DNA from: Myxococcota bacterium
GTDB taxonomy: Bacteria; Myxococcota_A; UBA9160; UBA4427
Length of the DNA: 64,000 nt
Direction of reading: 5' to 3'
Assembly: GCA_965250285.1 (NCBI GenBank)
Contig: OZ252299.1
Span: 5,728,001-5,792,000, forward strand
Numbering within the stretch: position 1 is the first letter of the stretch; every line of letters begins with the position of its first letter. Position numbers and translations under genes: made by a program. Positions 18,541 to 29,300 of the stretch are shown here, piece after piece. Under the pieces are notes generated by a model. It was not told the DNA's origin. It saw only the letters and a list, made by a program, of their open reading frames with translations, and did no database searches.

Positions 18541-19347
18541 TCAGGCTCGTCGCTCGTCGTTCGCGAGCTCTGCGAGCACCGTGCTCGCATGCACGAGTCG
18601 GCTGCCGAACCACGAGAACGCCTCGCCGTCGACCAGACGGACCTCGGCGTCGGGCAGCAGGGCGGCGACTTCGGGCACGTGCTTCTCGGCGAAGGGAAAC
18701 GGCTCGGACGACAAGAGCACGATCTCGGGTGCGGCCTCTCGAAGCGCGTCATCGCTGAGTTCGGGGTACCGCTCGAGTCCCTGCTCGGCGAGCACGTTCA
18801 CGAAGCCGCAGCGATCGAGCAGGTCGTGGATGAACGTGTTCGACCCGGCTCCCATCCATGGTCGGCGCCAGATCAGATACGCGACCCGGCGCCCATCGGC
18901 GTCGGGCAGGGCGTCGAAGCCCGACCGGATCTTGCGCCGGAGCGCGGTCGCCCGATCGGCGGCAGCCACGACGTCGCCCAGCGCACCGATCATCTCGAGC
19001 GCGTCGTCGAGTGTCCGCACGTCGCTCATCCACACCGGGTAGAGATCGGCGAGCTGTTCGATCTGCGTCCGCTCGTTCTCTTCCTTGTTGCCGATCAGCA
19101 GGTCGGGACGGAGCGGTGCCACGCGCTCGGGATGGATCTGCTTGGTGCCTCCGACCCGGGGAACGTCGGTCAGCGCCTCCTTCGGGTGTACGCAGAAGCG
19201 TGTCGCTCCGACGACGCGATCGCCGACACCGAGATCGAAGAGCAGCTCGGTCTGCGACGGCACGAGCGAGACGATGCGCTTGGGGTCGAGAGGCACCTCG
19301 ACCTCACGGCTCATCTGGTCGTGCACGCGACGGGTCTCGGCCTTCAT
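18541..19347 (-). CDS. helical-backbone metal receptor (BtuF/Fe-siderophore-binding family)
   Basis: 'RIVSLVPSQTE', 'VGGTK', 'NKEEN', 'LSSEPFPF', 'VDGEAFSWFGSR'. Confidence 0.9.
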   Translation of the reverse strand: MKAETRRVHDQMSREVEVPLDPKRIVSLVPSQTELLFDLGVGDRVVGATRFCVHPKEALTDVPRVGGTKQIHPERVAPLRPDLLIGNKEENERTQIEQLADLYPVWMSDVRTLDDALEMIGALGDVVAAADRATALRRKIRSGFDALPDADGRRVAYLIWRRPWMGAGSNTFIHDLLDRCGFVNVLAEQGLERYPELSDDALREAAPEIVLLSSEPFPFAEKHVPEVAALLPDAEVRLVDGEAFSWFGSRLVHASTVLAELANDERRA

Positions 19348-19702
19348 GGCACCTCGCTGCGCTGGCCGGTCTGGTCGAGCGCCCTCGGTTGGGATCGTTC
19401 GTCGACTTGCGCCGGCGAGGGTGCGCTCGGTGGCCCCACCGGTCGAGAATCGGGACAGACGGCGGTTTTGGTCGATTCCGCTCCGATTCCCGGGTGGTCT
19501 CTGTCACACTGACGACTCGGACGGGCCCGATGCTCATGCGCGGGGCCCAGCATGCCGAATCAGAGAGGGATCGGCCCGGCCCGCGTTCGAGACGCACCCG
19601 AGCTCGACTCGCCGCGCTCGCACCGCGCGCATCACGGGTCGAACCGGATTCGAGCGTGTTCTGGGCCCGATGCGTTGGGTTCGACGAGAGGCGCGGCAGT
19701 TG

Positions 19703-21076
19703 ATGACGAGCAAGACGTGGGACAACGCGAGGGCGGCGCGCGGTGCGCCCCTGCGCGCAAGCCGTTGGATCGGGGCGATCCTGGCTCTGCTGGGCCTCCT
19801 CGGCGTCGCCGACCCCGCGCGGTCTCAGGCACCGAGGGTCTGCTTCAAGGATGCACCGCTTTCGCCCGGAGCCGAGGCGGCCTTCGCCGAGATGGCGGCC
19901 GCGCAGGCCGCAGCGCCACGGGCCGCTTTCGCCGATGACCGCTGGATCGTGACCGCGACCAACGGCTCCACCGGCGTGGCCGGTGATCCGGTGATCATCA
20001 CCTGGGGTGTTGCCGCCGACGGCACTGCGATCGGCGCCGCCTTCCCTGCGGCCGGGGAGGTGCCCGGGCCGAGCGATCTCATCGCCACCTTCGATGGCTG
20101 GTACGGGCGTGCGACCTGGATGGCGCTCTTTCAGGAGTCGTTCGACGCGTGGACCGAGCTGACGGGCGTCGAGTTTCGCTACGAGGACGACGACGACGCG
20201 GCGACGATCCCCTCGGTCTCGCCGCCGGCGCCCGGGATCCTCGACGTGCGCGCCGACATCCGCATCGGCGGCCACCCGATCGATGGCGACTTCGCGATCG
20301 TCGCGTACGCGTATCCGCCCGACAATGGCGAGATCGTGCTCGACACCGACGACCCGCTCTTCTTCCAGAGCCCGGGCGACAACTTCCGCCGCCTTCGCAA
20401 TACGCTGATGCACGAGATCGGGCACGCGATGGGGCTCGAGCACGTCTGCCCCGTCAATCAATCGAAGCTCATGGAGCCCGACATCGTCACGAACTTCGAC
20501 GGGCCGCAGCACGACGATCTGATCGCCATGCAGAGCATCTACGGTGACGTTCGAGAGAACGACGACGACCAGATCGAAGCCATCGATCTCGGGCTCGACT
20601 TCGGCGAGACACTGACGCGCCTCGACCTCAGCATCGACAGCTCGAGCGACGAAGACTGGATCAGCCTGCCCGACCAGCCCGGCCTCTACGTTCAAGTCAC
20701 GGTCTCGCCCTACGGCGAGGCCTACTCGATCGCCGACTCGGACTCGAACGGGTCGTGCAGCGGCGTTCCATCGGGTTTCGACAACACGTTCACGAACCAG
20801 GATCTCTCCGTCGAGGTGCTCGCCGCCGATGGTGTGAGCGTCGTCGCGGCATCGGACGTGACTGGCGCCGGCGGCAACGAATCGATCTCGGCCATCCCGG
20901 TTCCGGGTGGTGGCTTCGTGCGGGTCGTCGGTGATGGTGCGTCGGACGTGCAGATCTACGACATGAGCGTCGAGTACATCCCCGAGCCGAGCGCTTCGGC
21001 GTCTGCGCTGACCGGGCTACTGACCCTCTTCGCACTCGCGCGCCACCGCGCGCGCCAGGTACGCTCTCGGCCGTAG
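19703..21076 (+). CDS. secreted matrixin-like (M10) zinc metalloprotease with PEP-CTERM sorting signal
   Basis: Signal peptide; HEIGHAMGLEH; Met-turn 'LMEP'; C-terminal IPEPS + hydrophobic helix + RHRAR. Confidence 0.9.
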   Translation: MTSKTWDNARAARGAPLRASRWIGAILALLGLLGVADPARSQAPRVCFKDAPLSPGAEAAFAEMAAAQAAAPRAAFADDRWIVTATNGSTGVAGDPVIITWGVAADGTAIGAAFPAAGEVPGPSDLIATFDGWYGRATWMALFQESFDAWTELTGVEFRYEDDDDAATIPSVSPPAPGILDVRADIRIGGHPIDGDFAIVAYAYPPDNGEIVLDTDDPLFFQSPGDNFRRLRNTLMHEIGHAMGLEHVCPVNQSKLMEPDIVTNFDGPQHDDLIAMQSIYGDVRENDDDQIEAIDLGLDFGETLTRLDLSIDSSSDEDWISLPDQPGLYVQVTVSPYGEAYSIADSDSNGSCSGVPSGFDNTFTNQDLSVEVLAADGVSVVAASDVTGAGGNESISAIPVPGGGFVRVVGDGASDVQIYDMSVEYIPEPSASASALTGLLTLFALARHRARQVRSRP

Positions 21077-21116
21077 TCGCGCGTCGGTGGCCCCGCGCGC
21101 GAGCGAGGAGACACCG

Positions 21117-21530
21117 ATGAGCGATCGAGTGAGCGACCTCAACGCGTTCACGCGCGACCGGCACCCGGGCCTCGTCGGCGTCGAGCTGACGAGCTGCACC
21201 GAAGAGTCCGTGACGGGCCGGCTCGTCGTCCGCGAGGATTGCGTGGCGGGGACCGGCTATCTCTGGGCGCCGGTGGTGATTACCCTCGCCGACTGGCTCT
21301 GCGCAGCCGGGACGCCGCTGCACTACCGCGAGGGCGCGCAGAGCTTCACGACGATCGAGCTCAAGACGAACTTCCTCGGCAGCGCCCAGACGGGCGAGCT
21401 CGTGACGGGACGCGCGGTGCCGAGCCATGTCGGCCGCACGACGCAGGTCTGGGACGTCGAGGTGCGCAACGAAACGAGGGATCGCACCATGGCCTTGTTT
21501 CGCTGTACTCAGATGATCTTGTATCCCTGA
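21117..21530 (+). CDS. PaaI-family hotdog thioesterase
   Basis: 'FTTIELKTNFLG', 'HVGRTTQVWDVEV', 'ALFRCTQMIL'; GAGGAG RBS. Confidence 0.92.
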   Translation: MSDRVSDLNAFTRDRHPGLVGVELTSCTEESVTGRLVVREDCVAGTGYLWAPVVITLADWLCAAGTPLHYREGAQSFTTIELKTNFLGSAQTGELVTGRAVPSHVGRTTQVWDVEVRNETRDRTMALFRCTQMILYP

Positions 21531-21566
21531 GCCCGCCGTTGGTCGAGGCCCGCCCGGGAGCCCGCC

Positions 21567-22388
21567 GTGCCGCGCATGCATCTCTTCGAGTTCGAGGATC
21601 AGCCGTGGTTCCCCGCTCTGTGGCGCGGCTTCGGCACCGATGTGCTCCGCTTCAACCAGACGATCGTCGACCAGAGCTCACCGCTCGCCGCGCCGCTCGC
21701 CGAGCTGGCGCGCAGCGCGGGGGCACGTCGTTTCGTCGATCTCTGCTCGGGCTCTTCCGGCCCGTGGACGCGGCTCGTCGACCACCTCGCCGAGGCGGGC
21801 TGTGACCTGCCGGTGTTGCTCACCGATCTGTATCCGAACGAGACGTCGCGCGGCGACGACGACGACGACATGTCGGACGGCCGCATCGCGCACCACGAAG
21901 CGCCCGTCGACGCGACGGACGTGCCGAACGATCTCGACGGTGTCCGCACGCTGTTCAACGGCTTCCACCACTTTCGACCCGAAGCGGCGCGCCAGATCCT
22001 GCAGGACGCCGTCGACGACGGGCAGCCGATTGCCGTGGCCGAGATGGTGGCCCGCTCGCCGCTCGCGATGCTCGGCATCGTCATCGCGGGGCTGATCGTC
22101 ACCCCGATCGTGACGCTGGCCATTCGCCCCTTTCGCTGGAGCCGGCTGCTCTTCACGTACGTGATCCCGGTCGTGCCGCTGCTGGTGCTGTGGGATGGGC
22201 TCGTCTCGTGTCTGCGCGTCTATTCGCCCCGAGAGCTCGACGCGCTGGTCAGTGGGCTCGACGCCGAGGGCTGGCGATTCGAGACGGCGCGCTTGAAGAA
22301 CCCGAGCGGCCCGATCCCGATCACGCTGCTGATCGGCTGGCCGCCCGGCACCCGCGCGACGCCAAGCGAAGCCGGAGCAGCGGCGTGA
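21567..22388 (+). CDS. class I SAM-dependent methyltransferase-like protein
   Basis: Motif I 'VDLCSGSSGP', 'LTDLYP', 'VDAT', 'FHHF'. Confidence 0.75.
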   Translation: MPRMHLFEFEDQPWFPALWRGFGTDVLRFNQTIVDQSSPLAAPLAELARSAGARRFVDLCSGSSGPWTRLVDHLAEAGCDLPVLLTDLYPNETSRGDDDDDMSDGRIAHHEAPVDATDVPNDLDGVRTLFNGFHHFRPEAARQILQDAVDDGQPIAVAEMVARSPLAMLGIVIAGLIVTPIVTLAIRPFRWSRLLFTYVIPVVPLLVLWDGLVSCLRVYSPRELDALVSGLDAEGWRFETARLKNPSGPIPITLLIGWPPGTRATPSEAGAAA

Positions 22389-23257
22389 CGCTCGACATCG
22401 GGATCGGACTCGGCATGCTGCACCCGTCGGCCTTCGATGCCGCGGCCGAAGCGGCCGACCGGGCGGGGTTCGAATCGATCTGGCTGCCCGAGCATCTCGT
22501 CTTTCCGCTCGAGATGGGCGGTTCGCCTTACCCCGGTGACGACCACCCGCCGGTTCCGCCCGAGACGCCGCTCTTCGACGTGTTTGCCTATCTCTCGTAT
22601 CTGGCGGCGCGCACCGAGCGCGTTCGGCTCGGCACGTGGGTGTATCTGCTCGCATTGCGTCACCCCTTCGTGGCGGCGCGGGCCGTCGCCACACTCGATC
22701 AGGTATCGAAGGGGCGAGCCGTGTGCGGTGTGGGCGTCGGCTGGCTGCGCGAGGAGTGGACCGCGGCCGGGCTCGATCCGCGCACACGCGGGCAGCGACT
22801 CGACGAGGCGCTGGCCGTGTGCCGGCGACTCTGGACCGACGAAACGATCGAGCATCGGGGGCGCTTCTACGACTTCGACCCGGTGCGCTTCGAGCCGAAG
22901 CCGGTGCAGCGACCGCATCCGCCGCTGCTGGCCGGGGGTGAATCGGAGGCCGCGCTCGCGCGCGCCGCGGCGACGTGCGAAGGGTGGATCGGCGTGAACC
23001 ACACCCCCGAGTCGGCCGCCGAGCGTGTCGCCGATCTTCGCCGTCGGCTCGAGGCGAATGGTCGAGACCCCGCTGCGTTCGAGTACGTCGCCGGCGGCGC
23101 GATCGCCACGCCGGCGGACGCGGCGGCCTACGCCTCGGCCGGGCTCACGCGCGTGATCGTCTCGCCTTGGCGCCGATCGCGCGAAGCGTGCGACGGCATC
23201 GAGCGCCTCGCCGACGAGCTCGGCCGGGCTGGCGTCGGGCTCTGCCGCGACGCCTGA
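22385..23257 (+). CDS. LLM-class (probably F420-dependent) oxidoreductase
   Basis: GTGA overlap with upstream gene; 'GFESIWLPEH', 'RVRLGT', 'GVGVGWLREE', 'PKPVQRPHPP'. Confidence 0.92.
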   Translation: MTLDIGIGLGMLHPSAFDAAAEAADRAGFESIWLPEHLVFPLEMGGSPYPGDDHPPVPPETPLFDVFAYLSYLAARTERVRLGTWVYLLALRHPFVAARAVATLDQVSKGRAVCGVGVGWLREEWTAAGLDPRTRGQRLDEALAVCRRLWTDETIEHRGRFYDFDPVRFEPKPVQRPHPPLLAGGESEAALARAAATCEGWIGVNHTPESAAERVADLRRRLEANGRDPAAFEYVAGGAIATPADAAAYASAGLTRVIVSPWRRSREACDGIERLADELGRAGVGLCRDA

Positions 23258-23447
23258 GGCGAGACCCCGCGACCCAGGAGCCATCGAGAGAGAGCTGCGC
23301 ACCGGTTGCCGGTGCGTGATGGCGACGTGCGCACGGTCGAGTCGAATGTGCACATCCGATCGGAACAATCGAATGCATGGGCCGATCCGCGCTCAAGGGC
23401 CTCTTCTTCGTGGCCGATCTCACACTTGGACTCGGAAGGATTTCGCC

Positions 23448-24338
23448 ATGGCACGACGCAACCCGATCATGAAGCGACTGCGCCTGCACGCGCTCGTCGC
23501 GGCCGCGGCGGCCGCGATCGCTTCGCCGGCCATGGCCCTCGACATCACCGACGGCGACGTGGTCGTGCGCAACCTCGGCGATTTCGGCTTCACCGCGAAC
23601 GATTCGTTTCTCTCGTTCGACAGCGGCGGAACGGATCAGCTCTTTCAGATGTTCGGCTACCTCGGCACCGCCGCGGGTGTCGAGCGCGTGAACGGCACGA
23701 ACTTCGACGTGGTCACCTCGCTCTCGAACGTCGGGCCGGTGGCGACGTCGGTACTCGAGCTGAACGCGACCGGCGCAGCCGCGCTCGGCCTGACCGCGGG
23801 CGACATCCGGCTGCAGTACACCTTCGAGCTGGTGAACGACACGACGCCGGACGACCTCGATGGCTTCAACTGGGACTTCAACATCACGAACCAGTCGGCC
23901 CTCGACCTCGATCTGACGTTCTACTCGTACCTCGATCTCGACCTCGACGGCGCGGGCGACTTCGGCGACGACATCGCGACCGCCGATCGGCGTCAGATCA
24001 TCGTGCAGGACGCCAACTCGTCGACCGTCTACCACTGGAACGCGTCGAGCTCGGGCCTCGCCGACCACTTCCAGGTGCAGCAGTTCCCGACCGTCCGCAA
24101 CTTCCTCGACGGTCTCTCGACGGTGACCGACCTGTCGGACAACGACACGAACTTCGGCCCCGCCGATTTCACGGCCGCGTACCAGTACGACTTCACGATT
24201 GCCGCCGGCGACACCGACGGCAACGGCGTCGGCTCGATCTCGCCGATCCCCGAGCCCTCGACCGGGCTGCTCGTGATGCTCGGTCTCGCGGGCCTCGCGC
24301 GCCGGCGGCGCTCCGCGCTCGGCCCCGCGCGCGCGTAG
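23448..24338 (+). CDS. PEP-CTERM surface protein
   Basis: Signal peptide (AMA-L); D/N/T-rich beta body; IPEPST-GLLVMLGLAGLA-RRRR. Confidence 0.92.
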   Translation: MARRNPIMKRLRLHALVAAAAAAIASPAMALDITDGDVVVRNLGDFGFTANDSFLSFDSGGTDQLFQMFGYLGTAAGVERVNGTNFDVVTSLSNVGPVATSVLELNATGAAALGLTAGDIRLQYTFELVNDTTPDDLDGFNWDFNITNQSALDLDLTFYSYLDLDLDGAGDFGDDIATADRRQIIVQDANSSTVYHWNASSSGLADHFQVQQFPTVRNFLDGLSTVTDLSDNDTNFGPADFTAAYQYDFTIAAGDTDGNGVGSISPIPEPSTGLLVMLGLAGLARRRRSALGPARA

Positions 24339-24407
24339 CTCCGACCGGCCCACTCCTCGCTCGGCCCCGCTCCGCCTCGCCCGCTCCGGCGTCGGTGCGT
24401 GCGCGCG

Positions 24408-25457
24408 CTATTGGACCAGCGTCAGGATCGCCTCGCGCGTGGCGTCGATGGCCGCGGCGTCGATGATGCGGGCGTTGCGTGCACGCGCGGCGTCGAGATT
24501 GTCGTACGTCGTGACCGCGCGCAGCGGTCGACTCACGGTGCGACCCGACTCGCCGGCGAGCGTGAGCTGCATGAGACCTTCGAGGATCAGCAGCTCCATG
24601 TCGGCCGACTCGCTCGTCGACTCCTCGAGCGTCACGTACACCAGACCCGTGCCGAACTCGGATGTCGTCATGTAGTACTGCCCGAGCACGCTCTCGACGG
24701 CGGCCGAGACCCCGGGCACCCGGGCGCCTTCGATGACGACACGCACCTGGTGCTCGGAGAGCACCGAGCGCGCGAGTCGCACGAGGGCATCGCGCTCGAG
24801 CCCCTGCGGCTCGGGGAGCGCTGCCCCGGAGAAGTACGCGTGGCGCGCGTTCCACTGCGCTCGCTCGTCGACCACGTGCAGCATCGTGAGCGCCGCCCCC
24901 ACGCGGTCCGAGTCGGACGTGCGCGGGTCGAGCACGGTGGCCTTCTCGGCGTCGAGGATGTCGTCGAGCTCGGCCAGGCGGTCGGCGGCCTCCTGGGCCT
25001 CGGTCCCCTTGTCGAGCACGGCGAGCACGTACCACGTGCGTCCCTCGGTATCGAAGACCAGCTCCGAGAACTGGATGCGCTGCGGATCCTGGGGCAGGTC
25101 GTCGGAGAAGCCGAGCGGCGCCTCGGTCTCGAGCCCCGACTCGCGCATGTGCTTGACGACCGAGTCGCGTCCGCTCTGCATGGCCGAGTAGAGATCCTGA
25201 CCGGCGTCGCGCTTGGCCCGCGCCGTGCCGATGCCGTAGATCTGGCGCCCGTCGTCGCGCTCGTGATTGACCCAGTCGGGCTTGCCCTCGACCTGATCGG
25301 CCTGCTCGACCAGCATGTCGGAGGCCTCGCGCAGGTTCGACACGGCGGGGATCGGGACGCGGTTGTCCTCGGGCGTGTTCTTGCCGCCGCAAGCGACCCC
25401 CGCTCCGAGCAGCAGCGTCATCGAGAGGGCGAGCCCTCGGCGTTGGGCGAAGCGCAT
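24408..25457 (-). CDS. lipoprotein (LPP20-like N-terminal region)
   Basis: Lipobox GVAC; 'KPDWV...IYGIG.A'. Confidence 0.75.
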   Translation of the reverse strand: MRFAQRRGLALSMTLLLGAGVACGGKNTPEDNRVPIPAVSNLREASDMLVEQADQVEGKPDWVNHERDDGRQIYGIGTARAKRDAGQDLYSAMQSGRDSVVKHMRESGLETEAPLGFSDDLPQDPQRIQFSELVFDTEGRTWYVLAVLDKGTEAQEAADRLAELDDILDAEKATVLDPRTSDSDRVGAALTMLHVVDERAQWNARHAYFSGAALPEPQGLERDALVRLARSVLSEHQVRVVIEGARVPGVSAAVESVLGQYYMTTSEFGTGLVYVTLEESTSESADMELLILEGLMQLTLAGESGRTVSRPLRAVTTYDNLDAARARNARIIDAAAIDATREAILTLVQ

Positions 25458-25603
25458 GGCAGTCGTCTCCGTGATCTCGTTCGGGTGGGCGGTCGATCCG
25501 CGGCCGGTCGAGGGTACCGAATTCGGTGTGGGGCCCGTCGCCTGGCCCCGTTCGGCCCGCGCCCCATCGGTCCCGGGTCAGACCCGGGCCGGGGCACGCC
25601 GGT

Positions 25604-26089
25604 TCAGTCGGCTTCGGCAATGAGGCGGATCGGCAGCTTCGTCGTGCCCTTCGTCTCGTTGAGCACGATCTGCGAGTGCACCTCGCGCACCGTGGGCAGC
25701 TGCAGCAGTTGATCGCGCAGCAGCCGCTCGTACGACTCGATGTCGCGCGTCACCACCTTCAAGAGGTAGTCGTTCTCGCCGGTGGTCACGTACGCCCCGA
25801 TCACCTCGTCGAGCTCGGCCACGGCGTCTTCGAACTCGGGCAGGGCGCGGGTGCCGTGCTCTGACAGCTTGATGCTTGCAAAGACCATGACCTCGAGGCC
25901 GAGCCGCTGCCGGTCGAGGACACCGACGCGGCCCTGGATGACGCCGGCCTGCTCGAGGCGGCGGATGCGACGCCAGCACGGGGATTGGCTCAGGCCGACC
26001 CGTCGGGCGATCTGGGCGGTCGAGAGGCTGCCGTCCTCCTGCAGGCAGTCGAGGATGCGGCGGTCGATGGAATCGGTGCGGACCTTCAC
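25604..26089 (-). CDS. Lrp/AsnC family transcriptional regulator
   Basis: 'DRRILDCLQEDG', 'VGLSQSPCWRRIRRLE', 'TGENDYLLKV'. Confidence 0.96.
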   Translation of the reverse strand: MKVRTDSIDRRILDCLQEDGSLSTAQIARRVGLSQSPCWRRIRRLEQAGVIQGRVGVLDRQRLGLEVMVFASIKLSEHGTRALPEFEDAVAELDEVIGAYVTTGENDYLLKVVTRDIESYERLLRDQLLQLPTVREVHSQIVLNETKGTTKLPIRLIAEAD

Positions 26090-26103
26090 GGAAGTGCCTC
26101 AGC

Positions 26104-26160
26104 GAGAATTGTATTACTCGAATCGGGAGAATTTGAGAATCACTTGATTCGCATTTCGAC
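26104..26160. promoter_or_regulatory. AT-rich divergent promoter region with Lrp-box-like elements
   Basis: Near-palindromic GAGAATTGTATTACTC and repeated GAGAAT in an otherwise very GC-rich context, between lrp and ior. Confidence 0.5.
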
Positions 26161-26348
26161 TAGATCGAGGCAAGATCGCAAAGAAAATCCCCTCTCGAAA
26201 GGGCACTCTTACTCCGACCTGCATGAGGAGGGAATCCCGACTTCTGGCGCTTTCGAAGGCCTGCCAGAGCCCCGCTGCGGTGCCTCAGGCGGCCTGCGAT
26301 CGAGCCGGACTCGGCGGTCCTGGACCACCGCCGGGCGATCTCGGAGCG

Positions 26349-29300
26349 ATGCTCATGGCTGCCAACGCGCTCGACTTCCCCACGGCGCCCACCGCGCCCA
26401 CCGACGACGAGGCCCTCCTCGAGCGAAAGTGGTCTTCCCCTGAGGGGGAGGTGCTCGTGACCGGTGTGCAGGCGCTCGTCCGCGCGCTGATGATGCAGGC
26501 CGACCGAGACACGCTGCTCGGCCTCGATACCGGCGGCTTCGTGTCGGGCTACCGCGGCTCGCCGCTCGCGGGGCTCGACCAGCAGCTCGAGCGGGCGGCG
26601 GGGCCGCTCGGCGAGCGGGGCATCCACTTCGAGCCGGGGCTCAACGAAGAGATCGCCGCCACCGCCGTGCAGGGCAGCCAGCGCGTGGGGCTTCGTGCCG
26701 GCGCGCGGCACGATGGCGTATTCGGACTCTGGTACGGCAAGGCGCCCGGGCTCGACCGCGCGACCGACGCGATCCGCCACGCGCACGCGACCGGGGTCGG
26801 GCGCCACGGGGGTGTGCTCGCCGTCGTCGGCGACGACCACGCGTGCAAGTCGAGCAGCCTGCCGTCGCAGAGCGAGACGCTGATGGCGCATCTCGAGATG
26901 CCGGTGCTCGCACCCTCGAGCGTGCAGGAGGTGATCGAGCACGCGCTGCTCGGCTGGGCGATGAGTCGCTACACCGGTGGCTGGGTCGGCCTGGTCGCTC
27001 TCGCCGATTTGATGGACGCGTCTGCGGTCGTCGACGTGTCGCCCGAGCGGTCGGCGTTCGTGCTGCCCGAGACCGACGCGCGCCCGGTCGATGGCCTCAC
27101 GATTCGCGCGGGGCACGATCCCGTCGCGCTCGAAGCGCGCATGCGACACGGTCGGTTCGACGCGGCCCTTGCGTTCGCCCGCGCCAACGCGATCGACCGC
27201 GTGATCTTCGATGCGCGGCGGCCTCGACTCGTAGTCGTCGCCAGCGGCAAGGGGCTCGCCGAGACGCGTCACGTCTTCGGTGATCTCGGCCTCGATGCCG
27301 CGAGCTGCGAAGCGTTCGGCGTGCGCCTGGTCGGGGTCGGGATGCCGTGGCCTCTCGATGCCGAGACCCTGCGCGGCTTCTGCCGCGGCGCCGAAACCGT
27401 GCTCGTCGTCGAGGAGAAGCGCGGCTTCATCGAGCCCCAGCTGAAGGACGCGCTCTACGACCTCGCCGACGCCGAGCGGCCGCGCGTGCTCGGCAAGCGC
27501 GACGCGCGGGGCGAAGCGCTGCTCCCCGACGTGATGGAGCTGAGCGGGCGCGAGATTCGGTCGGCCCTCGAGCGCGTATGGGGCGATGCGCCACAGCCGG
27601 CGTCGATGCGCAGCGAGGCCTCGAGCGCCGCGCTGATCCACCTCGACCCGAGCCCCATCGCCCGCAAGCCCTTCTTCTGCTCGGGCTGTCCCCACAACAC
27701 CTCGACCCGGCTGCCCGAGGGCAGCCGGGCCATGGTCGGCATCGGCTGCCACTACATGGCGCAGTGGATGGATCGTGCCCACGACGACGTCTGCCAGATG
27801 GGCGGCGAGGGCGTCGGTTGGATCGGTGAGTCGCCCTTTACCGACGAGCCCCACGTGTTCGCCAATCTCGGCGATGGCACCTACGCGCACTCGGGGAGCC
27901 TCGCGATCCGGGCGGCGGTCGCCGCCAAGACGCCCATCACGTTCAAGCTGCTCTTCAACGACGCCGTCGCGATGACCGGTGGCCAGAGCGTCGAGGGCGC
28001 CCTCGACGTGCCGCGGCTCGTGCAGCAGCTCGTCGCCGAAGGGGTCGAGCGCGTGGTCGTCGTCGCGGAGGACGTCGACCGGTATCGCGCCCTGCCGCCG
28101 CTGCCCGCCCGTGTGCGGCTCGAGCCGCGCGCGAATCTCGATGCCGTACAGCGTGAGCTGCGCGAGATCGCCGGACCGACCGTGCTGGTCTACGACCAGG
28201 TGTGTGCGGCCGAGAAACGTCGTCGCCGCAAGCGCGGATTGCTCGAGGCGCCGAAGCGGCGGCTGTTCATTCACGAAGCCGTCTGCGAGGGCTGCGGTGA
28301 CTGCAGCGCGGCGTCGAACTGTCTCTCGATCGAGCCGGTCGAGACCGAGCTCGGACGCAAGCGCCGTATCGATCCGTCGAGCTGCAACGCCGACGAGACG
28401 TGTCTCGATGGCGCGTGTCCGAGCTTCGTCAGCGTGATCGGCGGCCGCGTGCGATCGCGGGCGACGCCGTCGATCGATCACGCCTTCGAGGCCCTGCCCG
28501 AACCGCCGATGCGCGACGCGGCCGACGTGACCGAGCTGGTCTGGGCCGGCGTCGGCGGCACCGGCGTCACGACCGTGGCGGCGCTGGTCGGCATGGCCAG
28601 TCATCTCGAGGGGCGCCGATGCAGCGTGCTCGACATGACGGGGCTAGCGCAGAAGGGCGGCGCGGTGCTCTCGCACGTGCGCATCGGACAGCCCGGGGTC
28701 GAGATCCACGGCGGTCGCGTGCCCGAAGGAGGCGCGCACGTGCTGATCGCAGCCGATGCGGTCGTGGCGACGAGCGACAAAGCGATGGCGCTGCTTCAGC
28801 GTCAGCGCACCCACAGCCTCGTCGATGAGCACGTCAGCCCGACCGCCGCGTTCGTGGCCGATCCCGACGCCGGCATCGATGCGGTCGATCTACAGCGCCG
28901 GCTCTCGGGCGTGTCTCGTCGACTCGAGGCGTTCGATGCCACGGGCATCGCCGAGCGGGTGCTCGGCGATGCGATCGGCGCGCACGTGCTGATGCTGGGC
29001 TTCGCCTGGCAGCGTGGGCTGCTGCCGCTCGAGGCCGCGTCGATCGAGCGGGCGATCCGCGCGAACGGTGTCGCCGTCGACGCGAACCTGCGCGGCTTTC
29101 GCCTCGGTCGGCTGCTGGCCGTCGACCCGAAGCGGGTCGAGGAGTGGGATGCCGAAGGCGGTCACGCGCCCGACTTCGAGGCCGGGCACCTCGACGATCG
29201 AGTGGCCCAGCGCGCCGCACATCTGGCCGCCTACCAGAACCGGGCCTGGGCGCGGCGCTACGAGGCGTGGGTCGACCGTGCACGTGCGGTGCAGGCGCGC

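Noticed and set aside
19348..19702. Cobalamin riboswitch upstream of the BtuF-like gene
   Set aside because: No B12-box or other conserved riboswitch elements recognisable by eye
21528..21566. Possible TGA read-through from the PaaI thioesterase into the in-frame methyltransferase
   Set aside because: The thioesterase is complete at its stop, there is no redox Cys context, and the downstream gene has its own start
23360..23376. Possible sigma54 promoter upstream of the PEP-CTERM gene (cggaacaatcgaatgc)
   Set aside because: GG-GC spacing is one base too long
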